A DNA stretch of 11,306 nt from an uncultured archaeon (GCA_964549075.1 CAZJUB010000084.1:1-11306), one strand, 5' to 3'. Counted from the first letter of the stretch, positions 1 through 9,250 are shown. Notes: a model not told the origin generated them from the letters alone. A program made the numbers and translations.

Positions 1-1
1 A

Positions 2-493
2 GCCATATTACACGAAACATTGCTATCGCACAACAAGGAACTTCCAACAAAAAATCTTGACAGAATTTTGAAATTCTGGGGAGTGGAGAATAATCTGAGC
101 GATTTTTCTAAAAAAATCACACAAGCACGAAGCATTTTAGATACCGCTAATCTCCTCAGAGATACCACCAAAACTTGTATCGAAGAACTCCTTTTCAAGT
201 GTAATTTGTTATTTGATTACTTCAAAGATGTACTCCCACAACGAAACAATCAGCTAGAACAGATTCGCGAACGGATTGAAAGATTAGTCCAAAAAACTAT
301 TATTCCCTATGCCAGCATAAGAGATGCAGTTTTAATTATGATAGTGTCGTTTTTCCCCCTTTACCTTAAAGAACCAGCCTTTAAATTGTATATCATGCTT
401 AATCTTCGAAAAGATTTAAACATCGATTTATCCAGATTAAGGAAAGATTCAACAAGATTTATTCAAAGATTAGAAAAATTAAAACAGTTATAG
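2..493 (+). CDS. Hypothetical alpha-helical protein, C-terminal part (5'-truncated by window edge)
   Basis: Frame is open from base 2 (AILHETLLSHNKE...) to TAG at 491-493, followed by TAA, so the TTG at 20 is probably not the true start. Leu/Lys/Glu-rich helical composition; no recognisable motif. Confidence 0.6.
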   Translation, partial: AILHETLLSHNKELPTKNLDRILKFWGVENNLSDFSKKITQARSILDTANLLRDTTKTCIEELLFKCNLLFDYFKDVLPQRNNQLEQIRERIERLVQKTIIPYASIRDAVLIMIVSFFPLYLKEPAFKLYIMLNLRKDLNIDLSRLRKDSTRFIQRLEKLKQL

Positions 494-675
494 TAAATCT
501 TACTAACTTGAAAACTAGTAAGGAAAAACTTTATTTACCTCTAGATTCTTGGTCACATCTTTTCCGAACAATTTTGAAGTAGTTCAATAAAGAATCTTTA
601 AGCTTCATTGCTTTTAATCCCAAAATTTATGATAAGAAAAGCGTGGGACACATTAACGAGAGCAAAACAGTTACA

Positions 676-718
676 TTTATAAATTTACGAAAAACTCCTT
701 CAACAAAGTATTATAATT
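676..718 (+). promoter_or_regulatory. Candidate archaeal TATA boxes for oppD (TTTATAAA 676-683; TTATAATT 711-718)
   Basis: Match to the archaeal TTTA(T/A)A consensus about 60 and 26 bp upstream of ATG 744. The AT-rich background lowers specificity. Confidence 0.35.
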
Positions 719-743
719 ATTAGCTAATAAATAAAGTGATTCT

Positions 744-1805
744 ATGAGTAGACCACCTGAAGATATACTTTTAGAGATTACAGGACTCAAAACGTACTTC
801 TTTACAGAAGAAGGTGTAGTTAAAGCAATTGAGTCAGTTGATCTTGTCGTTTATAAATCTGAAACATTGGGCTTAGTAGGTGAATCAGGTTCAGGTAAAT
901 CAGTCACTGCTTTATCAATTTTAGGTATCGTTCCTGACCCTCCAGGAAAAATTCTATCTGGTCAGGTAGTTTTTCATGGTCAGGACTTGCGAAAACTCAG
1001 CGATGCAGATATGCGAAAAATCAGAGGAAACCAAATCGCTATGATTTTCCAGGATCCAATGACAAGTCTTAATCCAGTTTTTACTGTTGGTGATCAGATT
1101 AGCGAAGCTATCATGCTTCACCAAAAAGTGACTAAGAAGGAAGCTAGAGAGAAATCAATCAAAATCATGTCTCTCGTAGGTATTCCAAGCGCTGATGAAC
1201 GTGTAGATAATTATCCTTTTGAGTTTTCAGGAGGGATGAGGCAACGTGTGATGATTGCTATGGCCCTCAGTTGTAATCCTGAGTTACTCATTGCTGACGA
1301 ACCATCAACCAGTCTTGATGTGACTATACAAGCACAAATTCTGGAGCTTCTAAAAGCCACCAGTGAAGAGTTTGATATGTCCATCATCTTAATCACACAT
1401 GACATGGGTGTGATTGCAGAAATGTGCGATAGAGTGGCTGTAATGTATGCAGGATACATATGTGAGGTAGGAGATATAATGCTGATTTATAAGAATCCTT
1501 TTCATCCCTACACAAGAGGATTGCTTGGTGCAATTCCGAGACCTGATGCAGAAAGAGAAGATCTTCAAATTATCAGAGGATCTATTCCGAATCTTATCAA
1601 TCCTCCTTCTGCATGCAGATTCCATCCCAGATGTGATTATATGATGCACGAATTATGTGAGATTGTGCTTCCCGAGTTAGTTGAACTAGAGCCTGGTCAC
1701 ATCGTTAGATGTCACCTTTATACTGAAGAAGGAAAAGCTTGGATGCAAGAACGTGGTGAGAAAAAGGAAATTAGCAAAATGCCAAAGGCAGTAACAACAA
1801 TTTAG
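744..1805 (+). CDS. oppD: Oligopeptide/dipeptide ABC transporter ATP-binding subunit (OppD/DppD family)
   Basis: Walker A GESGSGKS, Q-loop MIFQDPMTSLNP, signature FSGGMRQR, Walker B LLIADEP, H-loop ITHD, oligo_HPY motif HPYT, C-terminal Cys motif CRFHPRC...C...CH. Confidence 0.95.
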   Translation: MSRPPEDILLEITGLKTYFFTEEGVVKAIESVDLVVYKSETLGLVGESGSGKSVTALSILGIVPDPPGKILSGQVVFHGQDLRKLSDADMRKIRGNQIAMIFQDPMTSLNPVFTVGDQISEAIMLHQKVTKKEAREKSIKIMSLVGIPSADERVDNYPFEFSGGMRQRVMIAMALSCNPELLIADEPSTSLDVTIQAQILELLKATSEEFDMSIILITHDMGVIAEMCDRVAVMYAGYICEVGDIMLIYKNPFHPYTRGLLGAIPRPDAEREDLQIIRGSIPNLINPPSACRFHPRCDYMMHELCEIVLPELVELEPGHIVRCHLYTEEGKAWMQERGEKKEISKMPKAVTTI

Positions 1806-1809
1806 GTGA
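1804..1809 (+). promoter_or_regulatory. Shine-Dalgarno AGGTGA overlapping the oppD stop; favours ATG 1815 as the oppF start
   Basis: TTTAGGTGAAAAAAATG: AGGTGA lies 5 nt before ATG 1815 and matches the archaeal GGAGGTGA-type motif. Confidence 0.6.
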
Positions 1810-1814
1810 AAAAA

Positions 1815-3038
1815 ATGGGTAGTTCAGAATCTTTTATCGAAAGACTTGCTTCTAAACAAGAGGCAAAAGGTCTTCTAGCAGATCGTATTAGAACAAAAGA
1901 GATGGGAGAAGACGTTATTTTAGATGTAATAAACTTGAGAAAATTCTTTGATATTCCTGTGCCTTTTGAAACCACTTGGTTTATGATTGCATTTGTTGGA
2001 GCACTAGTATTGTTCGCATTTTACCAGCTTTATGGTTTAATCGTTATTGGTGCAATCATTGTTCTGTACTTTGTCTTACCTTACATTCCACCATTTAACA
2101 AACGACCTCGAGTAGCGCATCTTAAAGCGGTTGATGGTATCAGTATACAAATCAAGAAAGGTAAGATTGTAGGACTAGTTGGTGAATCAGGTTGTGGAAA
2201 GAGTACTGCAGCTAAGACTATTATCAGATTGCTTGAACCTACATCTGGTGCGGTTTATTTCAAAGGAATTGATATTAATCGTTTAACCTCTGAGGAAATG
2301 AAAGAAATCAGAAGACATCTACAGATTGTATTTCAAGATCCTTATGCTTCTCTAAATCCTCGTGCAACAGCTCATGATATTATCATCGAACCTTTTGACA
2401 TTCATGGTGTTGCTTCAGGAGATGAAGCTAGTTACAGAGTTCTTACACTTCTGAAAGATGTAGGGCTTGCACCTCATCATGCTTATCGTTATCCTCATGA
2501 ATTCAGTGGAGGACAGAGACAGAGATTAGGAATCGCAAGAGCTTTAGCATTAGAACCTGACTTTATTGTGATGGACGAACCAGTCTCAAACCTCGATGTA
2601 TCTGTTCGTGCTGCTATCATCCAACTAATCCTCGAACTACAGAGAAAAATGGGTTTGACTTATCTGTTCATTGCTCATGATTTATCTCTAGTAAAAATCC
2701 TCTGTGATGAGGTTAATGTAATGTATTTAGGAAAGATTATGGAAGCTGGAACTAGTGATGAAATTTTCGAATCAATGATGCACCCCTATACTAAGGCTTT
2801 GATTTCTGCAGTACCAATTGCAGACCCAACAAAACGATCGAAGAAAATCTTCCTTACAGGAGATATTCCTACTCCAATTAATCCACCTCCAGGATGTAAG
2901 TTTCAAACAAGATGCCCGTTAGTTTCTGACGTGTGTAGAGTTGAAGAACCACCAGCAAGATGGTATTCTGAGAGTCATGTAGCTTACTGTCATAACATTG
3001 AAGGTGGAGAATCAAGTCCAGATTTCTATAAACAATAA
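1815..3038 (+). CDS. oppF: Oligopeptide/dipeptide ABC transporter ATP-binding subunit (OppF/DppF family) with an inserted hydrophobic hairpin
   Basis: LKAVDGIS, Walker A GESGCGKST, Q-loop VFQDPYASLNPR, YPHEFSGGQRQR, Walker B VMDEP, IAHDL, HPYT, C-terminal CKFQTRC...C...CH. Alternative GTG start at 1806. A ~37-residue uncharged hydrophobic stretch is encoded at nt 1977-2087. Confidence 0.93.
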   Translation: MGSSESFIERLASKQEAKGLLADRIRTKEMGEDVILDVINLRKFFDIPVPFETTWFMIAFVGALVLFAFYQLYGLIVIGAIIVLYFVLPYIPPFNKRPRVAHLKAVDGISIQIKKGKIVGLVGESGCGKSTAAKTIIRLLEPTSGAVYFKGIDINRLTSEEMKEIRRHLQIVFQDPYASLNPRATAHDIIIEPFDIHGVASGDEASYRVLTLLKDVGLAPHHAYRYPHEFSGGQRQRLGIARALALEPDFIVMDEPVSNLDVSVRAAIIQLILELQRKMGLTYLFIAHDLSLVKILCDEVNVMYLGKIMEAGTSDEIFESMMHPYTKALISAVPIADPTKRSKKIFLTGDIPTPINPPPGCKFQTRCPLVSDVCRVEEPPARWYSESHVAYCHNIEGGESSPDFYKQ

Positions 3039-3076
3039 CCGTTCTTATTTTCTTTCTCTTTTTATTTTACTTCTTA
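3034..3076 (+). terminator. Pyrimidine/T-rich archaeal-type terminator after oppF
   Basis: TTATTTTCTTTCTCTTTTTATTTTACTTCTT starts 6 nt after the TAA stop; weak AATAA/TTATT stem. Confidence 0.55.
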
Positions 3077-3160
3077 CCTCTTAGACTAAAACAAGATTTA
3101 TTTACTTCAATTCAGAATATATGATGTTATTTAATAGTAACTACTGAGAGGTTATAATCC

Positions 3161-3913
3161 ATGAGTAGAGTTAATCTTGAATCAGCTCAAAACAACATAG
3201 AACGATTGTCGAATAATCTTAATGAATTACAGCAGATGCTATCTAGTAAGAGTGATGAGCTGAGCGCAAAAATCAGAGAATTTAATGATGTTCTCACTTC
3301 CTTCTTCAGAGAAGCAGATGAAAAAACCCAATCATTCAATAAGGAAGAGGACAGAAGGAGAACTAATAATGCAGAATTAGATCAGCTTAATAACAAACTC
3401 CAAGAACTGACCGTTAAAAAGGATATTTTACAATCCGAAATAGCTAGTAAACAAAGGGATATCGAGCAATTAAGTGCTTTAGTGCTTGAACGGGAGAAAT
3501 TACGAACAGAAGCTAGTTTGCAAGTTGATTCGCTTACTGAAAGAATTTCTAATTTTAATAGAAAAATAGAAGAGACAGATGTTCTCGCCAATGCTCTAGT
3601 AGAAGAAACCAAAGAGCAAACAAGAACACTTGAAATCAAAAATGTTGAATTAACTAATCAATATAATAGGATAGTTACACGCGCTAAATCCTTAGAGTAT
3701 CTGATTAAAAAAGACATCGTTATGCTTCCCGAAATTCAAGTTCTTCGCAGTTTGAATACTCCGGGCATTGATACTTTAGATAATCTTCGAAAAACCTCTG
3801 GAGTTTCAGAAGAAGTAATCAGAAAAATATTGCAAGATCTAGCACGACGAGAAATTGTTGCTTATGACCCATCTACTGGAAGAATCCAGCTTTTAACAAG
3901 GATTGATATTTAG
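3161..3913 (+). CDS. Coiled-coil protein with C-terminal winged-helix (wHTH) domain, paralog A; function unknown
   Basis: GAGAGGT RBS at 3146-3152. Residues ~1-180 are Pro-free, E/K/L/N/Q-rich heptads. Residues ~190-250 (PEIQVLRSL..TLDNLRKTSGVSEEVIRKILQDLARREIVAYDPSTGRIQL) fit three helices plus a beta-wing. Confidence 0.85.
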   Translation: MSRVNLESAQNNIERLSNNLNELQQMLSSKSDELSAKIREFNDVLTSFFREADEKTQSFNKEEDRRRTNNAELDQLNNKLQELTVKKDILQSEIASKQRDIEQLSALVLEREKLRTEASLQVDSLTERISNFNRKIEETDVLANALVEETKEQTRTLEIKNVELTNQYNRIVTRAKSLEYLIKKDIVMLPEIQVLRSLNTPGIDTLDNLRKTSGVSEEVIRKILQDLARREIVAYDPSTGRIQLLTRIDI

Positions 3914-3924
3914 GAGGAATGAAG

Positions 3925-4677
3925 ATGTCAATAGAAAAACTTAATGAAATAATGAACGACCTGAAGACAGGTATAGAAGAATATGCATCCCGATCTTCTT
4001 CAACTATTGTTAATTCTAAGGCAATTATTGATTCAACAGCTAATGATGTTAAAGCAATTCCAGAATATCTTCTAACTCTCCAGAATTCTATAAATGAAAT
4101 TCAAAGAAGTAACAATGAATTAGAAGAAAAAATAGCAAATGTCAAACAAGCTACTGATACTGTTACTACAGAAATAGAAATTAATGAGAGTAATAAAAGC
4201 GACCTTTTAGAAACAGAAAGAAAGAAACGAGCTCAAAAAGAAGATTTAGAGAGAGAGATATCTGAGCTCCAAGAAAAGAAAGTTCAACTTGACAATGAAT
4301 TTAACGAAGTAGCTGCCATCTCATCTAGAAAGGAGCAAGAATATAATCAATTACAGATTAGCTCTAAAGAAGAAATAACAAGAATAAATCAACAAATAAG
4401 TGAAGCTACTACTAGGGTTAAACAAGCTGAATCAGAGAACAAATTAATTGTTTATCTGATGGATTCGGGATTAATGGATGTTCCTGAAGCTGAAGTGGTT
4501 GCTATAGTTTCCTCCTATCCTAATGGTTTGAAGTTAGATGAAATTAAGCAGAAAGTCAACATGCCACCGGTAAGAGTCCAACCGACTATTAACAACCTCC
4601 TTGAAACAGTTTTAGAGTACGATATTCCTTCTGATTCTTATAGAATTATTGAGACAATTAGAAAAGAATTTTTGTAA
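3925..4677 (+). CDS. Coiled-coil protein with C-terminal winged-helix domain, paralog B; function unknown
   Basis: AGGAGG RBS at 3912-3917, 7 nt before ATG 3925 (alternative ATG 3919). Long coiled coil, then PEAEVVAIV..LKLDEIKQKVNMPPVRVQPTINNLL.TVLEYDIPSDSYRI, which aligns by eye with paralog A. Confidence 0.85.
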   Translation: MSIEKLNEIMNDLKTGIEEYASRSSSTIVNSKAIIDSTANDVKAIPEYLLTLQNSINEIQRSNNELEEKIANVKQATDTVTTEIEINESNKSDLLETERKKRAQKEDLEREISELQEKKVQLDNEFNEVAAISSRKEQEYNQLQISSKEEITRINQQISEATTRVKQAESENKLIVYLMDSGLMDVPEAEVVAIVSSYPNGLKLDEIKQKVNMPPVRVQPTINNLLETVLEYDIPSDSYRIIETIRKEFL

Positions 4678-4711
4678 GTTTTTTCTTTTTTGCTTACATT
4701 TTTTTCTTTTT
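4673..4711 (+). terminator. T-rich terminator after the coiled-coil pair
   Basis: TGTAAG-14nt-CTTACA inverted repeat with several T5-T7 runs directly after TAA 4675-4677. Confidence 0.6.
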
Positions 4712-4748
4712 ACCAAATCAAAATAAAGAAATTGATTTATGTATTTGA

Positions 4749-6191
<1,443 letters not shown>

Positions 6192-6200
6192 TTCAGAAAG

Positions 6201-6228
6201 ATAGGAAAATCCTATTACTCTTTTTTTT
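6201..6228 (+). terminator. Small hairpin plus T8 between the convergent gdhA and dikinase-like genes
   Basis: ATAGGA-AAA-TCCTAT (6201-6215), then T8 at 6221-6228, which lies inside the last codons of the opposite gene. Confidence 0.5.
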
Positions 6229-9190
6229 CTTCTTGCTTTATTATCATTCCTTCTTTATTTTTAGCATCAATTCTTACTATAAGTGGTTCTTCTAAACTCA
6301 CATGATTCACATATTTCAGCTCATGTTTTGGAGTTTTAGATTTTAGCCAATCCCAATCAATGAAGTGATTTTCTTGGTTGTGTTTTATATAAAAATACCC
6401 GATATTAGCTGTGACTATGTTATGAAAGAAATGAGTACCTTGCGAGAAATCTACAGTAAAATCTTTAAGTGAAGTTTCAATGATTGCTCTAGTACCACTA
6501 ATGTTGCTCCACTTTACAGGAATACCTAAGAACCTATCAGCTGTTCCCCATCGTCCAAATCCAATTAGGAGATATGGTTTGTCTTCTTTGGTCAACAAAC
6601 TATTCAAATTATCTATTTCTTCAACCATTTCTTGAGTTTGAGTTTTATCGAATGTCTCTGGTTTAACATATACAATATCTCTGATGTCTTTTCTAAGCAA
6701 GTTACCAGAAACATGGTTAGAGTAAGCTAAAATTTGACTCATATCAACTGAGCCATAATCTTCAGTTAAGAGGACTTCTTGTTGTAAGAATGGACGTATT
6801 TGTAGAATAGAAAAAACATTTTTCTCGTTAGGTAGTTTTTTGAAATTCCCTGCAAATTCTATTTCAATTGAAGAACCAAGTGCTCTTTCTCCAATTTTTA
6901 GGATTCTTTCAACCAATTCTGCTAAGGGGAAAATTGAATGTTTTAATTGTTGGCTAAATGTAATCACGGGAGAGCCTTCTCCAAAAAAACCCTCTCTTAA
7001 AGTATCAGATTCAAAATCATATGAATCCGCAATTTTTGTTAAAGCTTTATCCTTTATTGCATCAGAAAGATTCAATCTCTCTATGTAAGGATCATCATTT
7101 AAAATATCAAATTCTTTTTTAGTTAAATCAATTCCATAATAATACTTTTGACTCTGTTCAAGAAGTATATCAGGAGTTGAGAAAAAGTTAATTTTTGGAT
7201 ACCTAGGACAAAAACGAACAGAGGCTTCACCTTCTACAATAGTTTTTCCAAGACCTAAAGCGATGTGAGCTATACGATCTTCTGATTTCATATAATCTCC
7301 AAACGGATAGTAATTGTAAGAAGAAGCAGTTCCTGAAAAATCAGGATAGAATCGTTTATTATGTTCTTGTCCTACAACTTCTTGAATAACAACCGCCATC
7401 TTGGATTCTTCTACAGTTTGTTGAATTGTCTCAGCATAAGACTTCGCTAATTTCAAGAATTGAGATGCATAAACCAATTTTATTGCAGTGCAAAGTTGTT
7501 TAACCCTATTTTTTTTATCTACCTGATTGTTTGGTATCATATAGGTATCAAAAATTCCAGCAAATGGTTGATAAGCTGAGTCTTCAAGAAGGCTAGAAGA
7601 TCTTATTGCTAAAGGTCCTTTTAAGTCAGTCAACAAAAACTGAAAATCAGCTATAATTGAATCAGAAAGTTTAGCTTCAACAAATTTTCTTTTAACCTTA
7701 TCATCACTTGCATCAGATAAGGCAAATTTGTATAGATTGTTTTCCTCCATGAATTTATCATACTCATCGGTTCCAATGACGATGGTTTTCGGGATTTCTA
7801 CTGAGACATCTTTGAATTCAGTATCTACCATAAAAGAATTCAAAAGAAACATAAGAAAGGCAATACCTCTCCCTTTACCTCCTAATGAACCAGGTCTCAA
7901 ACGTGTGAACAAGATATCAGGATGATAATTTTCACGTGAAAAATCGTTGATTATACCTTTTGTTTTTTCAATAACAAGTTCATTAATCGTCTTCAATAAA
8001 AAGTCTTTAAGCTCTTCTTTTGTGAACTCAGACACCTTTCGAGGTTTAAGTGTTTCAGCAATTTCAAATTCTCCTCTCGCGTTTAACCAGTTAGAAAAGT
8101 GATCATTTTTACCATGAAAAACCAGAGAATCGACTGGAACTTCTGATAGTTCATTATAGAAGGTTATAACATCGTTAGCTTTACCGAAAACTTCTCCGTC
8201 TTGATTTCGAAAGATAAAGTCACCAAAGCCCACATAATCAAGAAGCCACCTACGTAAGTCCCACATCATACCATGTAATCTCTTGTTAATGAAAAAACAC
8301 CCCATCTCTTCAGCTTCATCCCTATAAAATTCTTTATTAGATTGGAGGACTATTGGTAGGTTGATATTTTCTTCTTTTATCTTCTTTGCAAATAGAAAAC
8401 CAGCATCTTTGTTGAGTTTACCATCAACGGGGAATTCTATATCTGAAATTACTCCCATCAAATAATCTTTGTATCGTTCATAGTAGGAAAGAGCCTCTTC
8501 ATAGGTTTCTGCTAAAAGTATTTTTGGTCTTATTCGCATTTTCAAAAGATCTTGAAAATCATTAGTTCCTTCGCTTAACAATCGGTGTGTTTGTCGCATG
8601 ATTTCGCCATAAATTTCAGGAAGGAGAAGAGAATAAAATCGGATAGAATCATCTACAAATATGAAAACTCTGACATTTGCATGTTGAGTATCATAATCTG
8701 CATTAAATTTATCTTCAAGATGTTTAATGATAGCAACAAAAATCTTGGAGTCACCATTCCAGACAAAAACACGATCGATTCCTTTTCTCTTTTCATATTC
8801 AGGGAGATACTTTATTTCAACAACACTATTCAATAAAAGTATAACAGGGATATCTTTTATTGATTTTACATTAGCTCCAAATGAAAAAGCATCCATATCA
8901 CCCAGTCTTCGCATAGTTATAACTAAGTCAAAATCATGCTCTTCTAAAAGATCGAGAGCTTCATTTGCAGAAGAAACACGAGTAATTCTTGGTAGGGTTC
9001 TTAGATTCAAATTCTGAAATTCTTCATATATTTGATCTGATAAACGACCATCTTCTTCCAACATGAAACTATCATAGATACTAGAAACAAGAAGAACATT
9101 TCTCATTCTTTTACTCATCAATTCATAGAAAATTTTGTATTTAGGCTTGTACTCCAAGAAGAAGCTCTCTGCTTGTTGATGTGGTGTCAT
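6215..9190 (-). CDS. Receiver-domain-containing PEP/pyruvate-binding (PPDK_N ATP-grasp) domain protein; not a canonical PEP synthase
   Basis: N-terminal REC-like domain (NVLLVS..FDLVITM..IPVILL); second REC (FIFVDD180-181, VISD250IEFP, LPIVLQS, FFINK); HxxxxHFSNWL motif; ATP-grasp motifs SLGGK439GRG, LAIRSSSLLED, FAG, MAVVIQE, GLG, IEIEFA, LQIRP; C-terminal GRWG...SQGTH920FF. No PEP-utilising TIM barrel. GGAG RBS at 9198-9201. Confidence 0.88.
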   Translation of the reverse strand: MTPHQQAESFFLEYKPKYKIFYELMSKRMRNVLLVSSIYDSFMLEEDGRLSDQIYEEFQNLNLRTLPRITRVSSANEALDLLEEHDFDLVITMRRLGDMDAFSFGANVKSIKDIPVILLLNSVVEIKYLPEYEKRKGIDRVFVWNGDSKIFVAIIKHLEDKFNADYDTQHANVRVFIFVDDSIRFYSLLLPEIYGEIMRQTHRLLSEGTNDFQDLLKMRIRPKILLAETYEEALSYYERYKDYLMGVISDIEFPVDGKLNKDAGFLFAKKIKEENINLPIVLQSNKEFYRDEAEEMGCFFINKRLHGMMWDLRRWLLDYVGFGDFIFRNQDGEVFGKANDVITFYNELSEVPVDSLVFHGKNDHFSNWLNARGEFEIAETLKPRKVSEFTKEELKDFLLKTINELVIEKTKGIINDFSRENYHPDILFTRLRPGSLGGKGRGIAFLMFLLNSFMVDTEFKDVSVEIPKTIVIGTDEYDKFMEENNLYKFALSDASDDKVKRKFVEAKLSDSIIADFQFLLTDLKGPLAIRSSSLLEDSAYQPFAGIFDTYMIPNNQVDKKNRVKQLCTAIKLVYASQFLKLAKSYAETIQQTVEESKMAVVIQEVVGQEHNKRFYPDFSGTASSYNYYPFGDYMKSEDRIAHIALGLGKTIVEGEASVRFCPRYPKINFFSTPDILLEQSQKYYYGIDLTKKEFDILNDDPYIERLNLSDAIKDKALTKIADSYDFESDTLREGFFGEGSPVITFSQQLKHSIFPLAELVERILKIGERALGSSIEIEFAGNFKKLPNEKNVFSILQIRPFLQQEVLLTEDYGSVDMSQILAYSNHVSGNLLRKDIRDIVYVKPETFDKTQTQEMVEEIDNLNSLLTKEDKPYLLIGFGRWGTADRFLGIPVKWSNISGTRAIIETSLKDFTVDFSQGTHFFHNIVTANIGYFYIKHNQENHFIDWDWLKSKTPKHELKYVNHVSLEEPLIVRIDAKNKEGMIIKQEEKKE

Positions 9191-9240
9191 CTTTATTCTC
9201 CGGATTATGAAGTGTTTTACAATAACGAATAGGGGACTCT

Positions 9241-9250
9241 AAATTTAAAT
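9241..9250 (-). promoter_or_regulatory. Candidate TATA box (ATTTAAATTT) for the dikinase-like gene
   Basis: TTTAAA about 55 bp upstream of ATG 9190, immediately downstream of the MFS terminator. Confidence 0.35.

Noticed and set aside
2-40. Possible HExxH metalloprotease motif in ILHETLLSH
   Set aside because: Spacing is HExxxxH rather than HExxH, and the upstream context is missing.
1211-1649. Antisense ORFs 1211-1459 and 1389-1649
   Set aside because: Fully opposite the well-supported oppD; no motifs; shadow ORFs.
3382-3639. Antisense 85-aa ORF
   Set aside because: Ser/Leu-rich mirror of the Glu/Lys-rich coiled-coil gene.
3161-4677. Calling the coiled-coil pair SMC/Rad50 fragments or ESCRT-III/CdvB
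   Set aside because: No Walker A/B, hinge or zinc-hook motifs; no recognisable Snf7 basic-acidic pattern or MIM motif. Both ORFs are intact with their own RBS.
6840-9017. Short ORFs overlapping the 991-aa gene (6840-7088, 7728-7925, 8585-8836, 8727-9017)
   Set aside because: Antisense to a long multi-domain CDS; no recognisable features.
6215-9190. Calling this gene ppsA/ppdK
   Set aside because: It lacks the C-terminal PEP/pyruvate-binding TIM barrel and the canonical GGxTSHAA motif, and has receiver domains instead.
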